This document shows positions 8,124-13,885 of a stretch of DNA of 38,758 nt, piece after piece. A program made the position numbers and the translations under genes. Position 1 is the stretch's first letter. Each line of letters opens with the position of its first letter. The stretch lies in IMG/VR virus record IMGVR_UViG_3300040789_000013; one strand, given 5' to 3'. The notes beneath the pieces are model-generated. The model did no database searches. It was not told the DNA's origin and saw only the letters and a program-made list of their open reading frames with translations. The DNA is from a virus.

Positions 8124-8136
8124 AGGAGGTGATCCA
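8124..8136 (+). promoter_or_regulatory. 13-nt perfect complement to the conserved bacterial 16S rRNA 3' tail (AGGAGGTGATCCA), with no start codon at SD distance
   Basis: It sits directly after the TGA at 8120..8122. Downstream I find no ATG, GTG or TTG at 5-10 nt. A terminator follows at 8194. Confidence 0.5.
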
Positions 8137-8193
8137 CATCTCGTCTGGAGAGGAACGCCTGGACACACAGGCAATCGATCTCCAGATGTAACT

Positions 8194-8222
8194 AGAGCCG
8201 GTTTCGATCGGCTCTTTATTTC
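8194..8222 (+). terminator. rho-independent terminator
   Basis: The stem is AGAGCCG / CGGCTCT with loop GTTTCGAT, followed by TTATTT. Confidence 0.6.
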
Positions 8223-8261
8223 GCGCTACTTATACACAGGTACGATAGTATGATATGATAC

Positions 8262-8270
8262 TGGTAATAT
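8262..8270 (+). promoter_or_regulatory. extended -10-like box TGGTAATAT, 11 nt upstream of ATG 8282
   Basis: It is preceded by a second box, TGATATGAT (8251..8259). Confidence 0.35.
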
Positions 8271-8281
8271 ATACTTGTGAT

Positions 8282-8494
8282 ATGGCTACAGCAGAAAAAG
8301 TAAAGCGAAAGCGCCGCACCTACTCTATCGATCCGGACCGAGCCAGTGATCTCGGCCGGTGTCAGATTTCAATAGGTGACGAGCTAGACGCAAACGTAAA
8401 CCGCCAGGATATCCTCGATGAGTTGGTCCTCTTAATGTCGACTGATAAGTCTGTATATCAAAAAGTGGTGAAAGCGATTAAGAGTCGCTCCTAA
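8282..8494 (+). CDS. small DNA-binding-like protein (possible ribbon-helix-helix)
   Basis: MATAEKVKRKRRTYSIDPDRASDL... shows a basic N-terminus followed by a beta-strand-like segment and then helices, as in CopG/Arc-type RHH proteins. This is a weak call. The start is placed at ATG 8282 rather than 8255, which lies inside the promoter-like box. Confidence 0.45.
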   Translation: MATAEKVKRKRRTYSIDPDRASDLGRCQISIGDELDANVNRQDILDELVLLMSTDKSVYQKVVKAIKSRS

Positions 8495-8496
8495 CG

Positions 8497-8505
8497 TGTT
8501 ATCAT
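8497..8505 (+). promoter_or_regulatory. extended -10-like box TGTTATCAT, 7 nt upstream of ATG 8513 (leaderless-type spacing)
   Basis: It matches TGnTAnnAT, and the ATG sits where a transcription start would be expected. Confidence 0.45.
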
Positions 8506-8512
8506 AATTTTT

Positions 8513-9400
8513 ATGAGTGATATTAAACCAGTCCGACTATCAAACGTCGATTTTTGTGTCGCCGCTATGAGCGACAGTAAGGATGGGCTCGAGCGCTTGC
8601 TCCATTCGATCATAGACATTTATCCGACAGCTCGCATTATTGTGGCTGACAATGATCTCCAGTTAGATCGTAAGTATTACAAACAGCTCCGGAAAGATCT
8701 CGGAGAGGCCGGCCTCGTTAATCGATTGCAGGTCCACCACATCGCGTACCAGGCTGGTATCGCTGAGTCATTTAACCGACTCCTCTCACTATCACGATCT
8801 ACGTATCGTCTACTCCTTACTGATGAGGATGTGTTTACTGCTGAGACTGATGTAAAAAGCATGATCCGTACGATCGAGGCTAATAAGACAGTCGGCATCG
8901 TGTCAGGAGTGATCGGTGATGAGCGTCCTACTGCTGACGGTAAGCCTGTCGGTGATGAGGATCTCCGCTACTCACTAACAAAGCAAGCGACTCGGTTTAT
9001 GCTGGTCCAGGGAGATGTGATTAATTTCCTCCGGTTTGATCCAGACCATAAAAATCCGATTGTCGATTTTTGTACTCGAGCAGCTAAGCGACTGCCGTAT
9101 AAAATCGCTATTTCAGATGCAAGGATTACTAATGAGGTAATAAGTGATGATGACGATGAAAACGAAACGACCGGAGGGGACGATAACGGAGGCGCTGCCG
9201 GGACAGATCTACCGAGTGGAGATGATACCGGAAACGATGGACCAGGAGACGACGGAGACACTGGCGAGGATACAGGATCAGAAACAGCCGGGGACGATAC
9301 TAGCGTACGTAGCGGGCAAGATGAGGAGAGCCAGGATTCAGCTCCTAGTCGGCGATCGGGTGGAAATGGTACTCGATCCCGCCGGCGGCAAAACAACTAA
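8513..9400 (+). CDS. GT2-like glycosyltransferase with an 85-aa acidic Asp/Gly-rich low-complexity tail
   Basis: The N-terminal 205 aa or so show a GT-A pattern: ARIIVADND, AYQAGIAESFNRLL, and YRLLLTDEDVF (DxD-like). From about residue 209 the sequence is D/G/T/E low complexity. That segment is exactly the part overlapped by the IF-1-like ORF in another frame. Confidence 0.6.
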   Translation: MSDIKPVRLSNVDFCVAAMSDSKDGLERLLHSIIDIYPTARIIVADNDLQLDRKYYKQLRKDLGEAGLVNRLQVHHIAYQAGIAESFNRLLSLSRSTYRLLLTDEDVFTAETDVKSMIRTIEANKTVGIVSGVIGDERPTADGKPVGDEDLRYSLTKQATRFMLVQGDVINFLRFDPDHKNPIVDFCTRAAKRLPYKIAISDARITNEVISDDDDENETTGGDDNGGAAGTDLPSGDDTGNDGPGDDGDTGEDTGSETAGDDTSVRSGQDEESQDSAPSRRSGGNGTRSRRRQNN

Positions 9401-9422
9401 CCGGATTGTCTGGCGTAAATAA
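9144..9422 (+). CDS. infA: translation initiation factor IF-1 homologue (S1-like OB fold) with an insertion of about 20 aa
   Basis: EGTITEALPGQIYRVEM ... GTILAYVAGKMRRARIQLLVGDRVEMVLDPAGGKTTNRIVWRK aligns with E. coli IF-1 ([61 protein letters not shown]). GAGG lies at 9134..9137. Two in-frame TAA stops lie at 9138..9143. Candidate starts are GTG 9144 and ATG 9147. Confidence 0.7.
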   Translation: MMMTMKTKRPEGTITEALPGQIYRVEMIPETMDQETTETLARIQDQKQPGTILAYVAGKMRRARIQLLVGDRVEMVLDPAGGKTTNRIVWRK

Positions 9423-9430
9423 AAAGTAAT

Positions 9431-9454
9431 GCACACTCTCCGGAGTGTGTTTTA
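9431..9454 (+). terminator. rho-independent terminator
   Basis: The stem is CACACTC / GAGTGTG with a 4-5 nt loop, followed by TTTT. Confidence 0.65.
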
Positions 9455-9463
9455 CTATTAGTA

Positions 9464-9472
9464 TGATAATAT
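9464..9472 (+). promoter_or_regulatory. extended -10-like box TGATAATAT upstream of the SPFH gene (leader of about 20 nt)
   Basis: It matches TGnTAATAT and lies directly after the terminator. Confidence 0.4.
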
Positions 9473-9498
9473 GTAATCATATTAAGTAATAACGGTAT

Positions 9499-10305
9499 AT
9501 GTATAATCAAAATCAAAAAGGTAACGCGCTACTCGGTGGATTCATCGGTCTCGCGGTACTCGCTTTTATCGGATGGCTCTTTTTCTTTTTCCCGTGGTGG
9601 CCTACCATCATCAGTGATAAGGAGGAGGGAGTGGTAACAACACTCGGAGATATTAAGGAGGAGACTACTGGGACCGGTGTGTACTGGCGGTCACTATTCA
9701 TTACTCGTATCGATCGTATCGATATGCGAGAACGTACGCACACTATCAGCACTGAGACAGTCAGTAAGGAGGGTCTTAAGTTTGGTGTGGACATTACGGT
9801 CCGGTATGAGGTAAAGGATGAGGCCGCGATTAACCTAGTCACAAATCTACAGACTCCGCTGCATGAGCTGGTACTGACGTACGCTAATGCGACGATCGAT
9901 GATGTGGCGACGAGTAAAGATAAAAACGCGATGTACTCTGATGAGGGTCGTGTGGCTATCGTCCAGGCAGTAAAGGATAAGCTAAATACTGAGCTCGGTG
10001 CTTATGCACAAATTAACCAGGTAGTATTTGAGGACATCCGGCTCCCTGCTAGTATTACGCAAGCGATCGAAGCGCAACAGGCAGAGCTCGAGAAAGTGAA
10101 GCGGACAGAAAATCAGAAAGCGGTCGCTGAGAATGAGGCAGAGATCCGACGTATTGAGGCTCAGGGTATTGCTGACTCTAACCGGATCATCCAGAGCTCT
10201 CTTACTCGAGAGTACCTCCAGTACGAAGCGATCCAGAAATTTAATCCAGACGCGGAGAAAATCTATATCCCTAGTGATGCGATGACTCCGGTAATTAGTT
10301 ATTAA
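9499..10305 (+). CDS. SPFH / band-7 / prohibitin-family membrane protein
   Basis: There is an N-terminal TM helix (ALLGGFIGLAVLAFIGWLFFFF). An SPFH-like core follows (GVVTTLGDIK...VYWRSLFITRIDRIDMRERTH...GVDITVRYEV...FEDIRLPASITQAIEA), then a coiled coil (QQAELEKVKRTENQKAVAENEAEIRRIEAQG). Confidence 0.8.
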   Translation: MYNQNQKGNALLGGFIGLAVLAFIGWLFFFFPWWPTIISDKEEGVVTTLGDIKEETTGTGVYWRSLFITRIDRIDMRERTHTISTETVSKEGLKFGVDITVRYEVKDEAAINLVTNLQTPLHELVLTYANATIDDVATSKDKNAMYSDEGRVAIVQAVKDKLNTELGAYAQINQVVFEDIRLPASITQAIEAQQAELEKVKRTENQKAVAENEAEIRRIEAQGIADSNRIIQSSLTREYLQYEAIQKFNPDAEKIYIPSDAMTPVISY

Positions 10306-10309
10306 TTTT

Positions 10310-10561
10310 ATGGCAGCTCGAAACATCAAAATCATTAAAGACGAGGAGAAACCGGAGACTCCGGAGCTGCTCGCCTCGAGTATCGTCGCGATCGGTAACG
10401 CCTTTAAGCAATTAAAAAAGCACGGCCTTACTGATAAAGCGATCGTGACACTCCTCTCAGCTATGGATGGTATGAGTCGAGTGCCTAAATCAGATATCTA
10501 TCTGGTCCTCGAGAATTTACCAAAACTATCAGGCTACTACGTAAAGCCTCCTAAAAAGTAA
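10310..10561 (+). CDS. hypothetical protein
   Basis: 83-aa ORF, 4 nt after the SPFH stop. Confidence 0.55.
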   Translation: MAARNIKIIKDEEKPETPELLASSIVAIGNAFKQLKKHGLTDKAIVTLLSAMDGMSRVPKSDIYLVLENLPKLSGYYVKPPKK

Positions 10562-10569
10562 AAATCATT

Positions 10570-11064
10570 ATGTTAATCAACCGACAAAAAATCCAAAAGC
10601 TACACGCTCTCACTCGAGAGGTGGCGAAGTCTCAGGACGTAGTATCTGAGACAGTGCGGACTGCTCAGGATCGTTATAACCACGTCGAGGAAAAGGTCGA
10701 GCGTGATGGCAAGGTCCAGAAAATAAAGCGTAAGCTCCTATGGGACGAAGTGTTTTACCTCGGAGCAAATTGTCAGGCAGCTAAGATCCTTAAGGGATAT
10801 CATCCGGAAGTGTTCGAGGCGCTCGAGGCGCAAAACAAGGCAGCTGATGAGCTTAAGAAATTTACGATCGCTGAGCTCGATATGGATTACTCTCAGATGC
10901 GACTCAGTGACTACGTTAAGCTCACCGAGGCATTATTCGATCTGATGTGGGAGGAACGTAAAGAGGCAGCCGGCGGTAATGTACCGAGTACGTTTCCTAG
11001 TGATGGCGGTGGAGGTAATGGTCCGGATGAGCCGGGCGGCGGTGGAGTAGCCGCTCGAGTATAG
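10570..11064 (+). CDS. hypothetical protein with a Gly-rich C-terminus
   Basis: 164-aa ORF with no recognisable motif. Confidence 0.55.
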   Translation: MLINRQKIQKLHALTREVAKSQDVVSETVRTAQDRYNHVEEKVERDGKVQKIKRKLLWDEVFYLGANCQAAKILKGYHPEVFEALEAQNKAADELKKFTIAELDMDYSQMRLSDYVKLTEALFDLMWEERKEAAGGNVPSTFPSDGGGGNGPDEPGGGGVAARV

Positions 11065-11066
11065 GT

Positions 11067-11396
11067 ATGTCTGACGAGAAAAAAGTAAACCTCGACGAGC
11101 ATCATTCAGATCATATGGAGCAGCTAATCCGGAAGCGCCTCGCCACGCTGCTCCCTAAAGAGATGGTATCTAATGGTCAGGTAGCACTCGAGCATGTGCT
11201 CCTCGGTATTAACCACACGTCAGCATCTCCGGATGTGATGACGGCAAGTTACACCGGTCAGGATCGTAAACAGGTAATCTGTAATGCTGATTTTATTGAG
11301 CTGATTACTTTGTGGCGATGGGGATACGAGCTTAAGAGCCAGGATAATCGCTGCATGGCTCTCTGCTGTAAATTACTCAGGACCGGTATCAGGTAA
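11067..11396 (+). CDS. hypothetical protein
   Basis: 109-aa ORF, 2 nt after the previous stop. Confidence 0.5.
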   Translation: MSDEKKVNLDEHHSDHMEQLIRKRLATLLPKEMVSNGQVALEHVLLGINHTSASPDVMTASYTGQDRKQVICNADFIELITLWRWGYELKSQDNRCMALCCKLLRTGIR

Positions 11397-11407
11397 TGCT
11401 AAAATGT

Positions 11408-11649
11408 CTCAGTGTATTGCACACTGAGAGGAGGATACGAGACGAGACAGAGATGTCAGGGCGAGCCGTGCCGGTGATAGCATCAAAGGTACAGGCGAGG
11501 GAGGGCAGGACGGCCTTGTGGCTGACTCCCTCTCACTCATAAATGACGTGAGAGTAGCACTCGATCGGTCCGGGATACTTATCCAGTATCTAGTCAGTTA
11601 ATGAGTAGCGGCCGATGCTCATTAACAGCGTATCCTCCTCTGAGTGTGC
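11408..11649 (+). ncRNA. candidate structured RNA or packaging-site element upstream of terS (class unknown)
   Basis: The gap 11397..11670 has no plausible ORF and is more GC-rich than other gaps. Bases 11419..11439 pair with 11629..11649 at 20 of 21 positions. A competing local hairpin pairs 11408..11415 with 11421..11428. Internal hairpins pair 11597..11605 with 11618..11626 (9 bp), 11574..11579 with 11585..11590 (6 bp), and 11497..11503 with 11526..11532 (7 bp). Confidence 0.4.
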
Positions 11650-11656
11650 AATCGTG

Positions 11657-11662
11657 TACAAT
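11657..11662 (+). promoter_or_regulatory. -10-like hexamer TACAAT, 8 nt upstream of ATG 11671 (terS)
   Basis: The spacing matches the leaderless-type pattern seen at other genes. It has no canonical TGn extension. Confidence 0.35.
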
Positions 11663-11670
11663 ACGATTAT

Positions 11671-12261
11671 ATGAGCAGTAAGGCTAAAGGACGACGATCG
11701 CTGCCAATGCAGCGGACAGATAATAGAGAATTAGCGCCAGGGTACGAGGAGCGTCATCCTCAGTACTATGCCTATGAGCTAAATGATCCACACTTTCCAC
11801 CGATGGCTATTCGGTACTCGCATAATGCGTGGTGGATGGAAAAGTATAAACTCGAGAAGCTGATCGATGCGTATAAGATGCACTGTACAGATCTCGAGGC
11901 GTGCTACTTTGCTGGTATCACTAAGGCTCAGCTCCGCTACTTTAAAGATCTGCATCCAGAATTTAAAGAGATCCGAGAGCTCTGTAAACAGGAGCTCGGA
12001 TTTTATGCGCGTCAGAATGTGGCGCGAGATATCAAGTCCGGTAAGTATTCGCTCCGGTCCTGGGAGTATCTCCAGAAAAAGCATAAAGATGAGCTCGGTG
12101 ATTCTGTCGACGTTACGAGTGGCGGCAAACCGCTCAAAGCTCCGAGTAATGCTGTGGTGTTTATGGACTTTAGTAAACCGGACCAGCGAGAGCCGGAGGT
12201 GATCGATGCAGAAAAGATCCACGACGTTAATCCAGATACCGACGATGGAGAAAGTAAATAA
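11671..12261 (+). CDS. terS: terminase small subunit (putative)
   Basis: It lies immediately upstream of and overlapping terL. An HTH-like segment (CTDLEACYFAGITKAQLRYFKDLHPEFKEI) is typical of small terminases. The start is taken at ATG 11671; the GTG at 11644 lies inside the structured element. Confidence 0.55.
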   Translation: MSSKAKGRRSLPMQRTDNRELAPGYEERHPQYYAYELNDPHFPPMAIRYSHNAWWMEKYKLEKLIDAYKMHCTDLEACYFAGITKAQLRYFKDLHPEFKEIRELCKQELGFYARQNVARDIKSGKYSLRSWEYLQKKHKDELGDSVDVTSGGKPLKAPSNAVVFMDFSKPDQREPEVIDAEKIHDVNPDTDDGESK

Positions 12262-13519
12262 GTTATATCAGCCGCTCTTTATACCGCCTCCCGGGGTCCG
12301 CTACATTATCAATATGGGCGGTCGTGGTGGTGGACGTTCTCATGCCGCGGCTCAGAAAGCGAAAACAGTTTTAACTGATCCGAGCAAGTATCTCCGCGGC
12401 GCGATGATGCGTTATATTTATGGCGATATTAAAAACTCGATCTATCAGGATATTTACGACCGGATCGATGAGGCCGACATGCTGGATGATATCGATCTGC
12501 ATGGTCAGCCGCTCGGCTTTTCATATAAAAAAAATCGCATTAATGGTATCGGTTTTAAAAAGAGCTCAGGCGATCAAAAGTCTAAGCTCAAATCGCTCGC
12601 CGGTTATAACTTTATTCTGATCGAGGAGGCGGACGAGATTGCCGAGACTGACTTTATGCAGCTCGACGACTCGATCCGTACGACTAAGGGTGACATCCTC
12701 ATCGTGCTTAACTTAAACCCGCCAGAAAAAGATCACTGGATCATCAAACGCTGGTTTAATCTTATCGATACCGAGATCGAGGGATTTTACGAGCCGGTGC
12801 TTAAAGAGGAGCACAAACACAATACGATCCACATACATGCTACGTACTACGACAACATCGTTAACATCGATCCGACTACGGCATCTAACTTTGAGGGGTA
12901 CCGAGAAAGCAAGCCGGAGTATTACTGGAATACGATCCGCGGCTATGTGTCAGAGGGTGCTGTCGGCCGGATTTATAAAAACTGGAAACCGACCACGTAT
13001 GCAGAATTTAAAGAGCTCCCCTACCCGTCTATCTATGGGCTCGACTTTGGTTTTAGTAACGATCCCGCGGCGCTTGTGGAGATCAAGATGCACAATAATA
13101 AAATATGGGTACATCAGCTGCTCTATCAGACCGGCCTACACAATATCGGAGCCGGACCAGATACATTATCCAAACGATTCGAGGACCTGGATCTCTCCGG
13201 GCAGGATCTTATTTACGCTGATTCAGCCGAGATTAAATCGATCGAGGAGCTATGCGGTGACGGCTGGTATGTTGAGCCAGCTGTAAAAGGTCCTGGGTCA
13301 GTTAATGCGGGGATCGACTTGCTCCAGGGATTCGAGGTGTACTATACCGAGGAGTCAGTCGACATCGCTCGAGAGTCTCGAGAGTATAAGTATCGTCTCG
13401 ATCGCAACAAAGTGCCGACCGGTAAGCCAGAGGACGGTAACGATCATGCGCTGGATGCGATTCGGTATGCGGTATTTTCTCATCGCCAGTCCACATTTGT
13501 CGGATTCGCTGGTAAGTAG
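12245..13519 (+). CDS. terL: terminase large subunit (PBSX/Terminase_3-like)
   Basis: The Walker A-like GGRGGGRSH sits in the context RYIINMGGRGGGRS. ILIEEADE resembles Walker B. The C-terminal nuclease region contains GLDFGFSNDPAA and DHALDAIRY. An alternative start lies at 12206. Confidence 0.85.
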   Translation: MEKVNKLYQPLFIPPPGVRYIINMGGRGGGRSHAAAQKAKTVLTDPSKYLRGAMMRYIYGDIKNSIYQDIYDRIDEADMLDDIDLHGQPLGFSYKKNRINGIGFKKSSGDQKSKLKSLAGYNFILIEEADEIAETDFMQLDDSIRTTKGDILIVLNLNPPEKDHWIIKRWFNLIDTEIEGFYEPVLKEEHKHNTIHIHATYYDNIVNIDPTTASNFEGYRESKPEYYWNTIRGYVSEGAVGRIYKNWKPTTYAEFKELPYPSIYGLDFGFSNDPAALVEIKMHNNKIWVHQLLYQTGLHNIGAGPDTLSKRFEDLDLSGQDLIYADSAEIKSIEELCGDGWYVEPAVKGPGSVNAGIDLLQGFEVYYTEESVDIARESREYKYRLDRNKVPTGKPEDGNDHALDAIRYAVFSHRQSTFVGFAGK

Positions 13520-13522
13520 GCG

Positions 13523-13531
13523 TGATATCAT
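13523..13531 (+). promoter_or_regulatory. extended -10-like box TGATATCAT, 8 nt upstream of ATG 13540
   Basis: It shows leaderless-type spacing and lies directly after the terL stop. Confidence 0.45.
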
Positions 13532-13539
13532 ATAATCAT

Positions 13540-13668
13540 ATGATAGGTAAATGGCTGTGTCGATTCGGACTACATCGATGGGGACATCGACATCGGAGAG
13601 GTAATAAATTTTATTGTCAGAGGATCTACTGTCATGTGAGTAGGCCCTGGCGCAAATCAGACAAATAG
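13540..13668 (+). CDS. small Cys/His-rich protein (42 aa; below the ORF-track cutoff)
   Basis: My own translation gives MIGKWLCRFGLHRWGHRHRRGNKFYCQRIYCHVSRPWRKSDK. The C-x-F-G-x-H-x-W start followed by a second Cys pair resembles small prophage zinc-ribbon proteins (DUF1660-like, from memory). Promoter-like box at correct distance. Confidence 0.4.
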   Translation: MIGKWLCRFGLHRWGHRHRRGNKFYCQRIYCHVSRPWRKSDK

Positions 13669-13669
13669 T

Positions 13670-13867
13670 ATGGGACAGAAAAAACACAAAGCTGAGCGTA
13701 AGAAAATTCGTAAAGAGATCAGGGCGCAAGTCGGTGACAGCATGGGGATATTAAGCTCGATAGTGCGGCCACGTCCTCAGTGGATACCTAAAAAAGTATG
13801 GGTCTGGTTTTACCTCCCTGTCTTTCCTAAGAAATATCTGCATATCGTTTACAAGTACCTGGACTAG
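13670..13867 (+). CDS. hypothetical small basic protein
   Basis: 65-aa ORF starting 1 nt after the previous stop. Confidence 0.4.
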   Translation: MGQKKHKAERKKIRKEIRAQVGDSMGILSSIVRPRPQWIPKKVWVWFYLPVFPKKYLHIVYKYLD

Positions 13868-13869
13868 CG

Positions 13870-13878
13870 TGGTATTAT
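13870..13878 (+). promoter_or_regulatory. extended -10-like box TGGTATTAT, 7 nt upstream of ATG 13886 (portal)
   Basis: It shows leaderless-type spacing. The same 9-mer recurs at 15908. Confidence 0.4.
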
Positions 13879-13885
13879 TTTAGGT

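Noticed and set aside
8139-8188. Short ORF (GTG 8129 .. TAA about 8188, 19 aa) as the target of the super-SD at 8124
   Set aside because: The GTG lies inside or immediately adjacent to the SD-like sequence, so the spacing is far too short. The peptide has no features and the segment forms an imperfect hairpin. I therefore treat it as untranslated, pending Ribo-seq.
8968-9396. 142-aa - strand ORF antisense to the glycosyltransferase/IF-1 overlap
   Set aside because: It is a Ser/Pro/Val-rich low-complexity product with no start context. The region already holds two + strand frames with better support, and a third coding frame is very unlikely.
11419-11649. Retron msr/msd-like or DGR-like interpretation of the long inverted repeat flanking a structured segment
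   Set aside because: I recognise no reverse transcriptase gene anywhere in the genome, and there is no template/variable repeat pair. Location upstream of terS favours a packaging, regulatory or ncRNA role.
13355-13729. 124-aa - strand ORF spanning the terL-to-portal gap
   Set aside because: The same gap is better explained by two small + strand ORFs (13540..13668 and 13670..13867). The first has a promoter-like box at the characteristic 8-nt distance. The - strand ORF also overlaps the terL 3' end.
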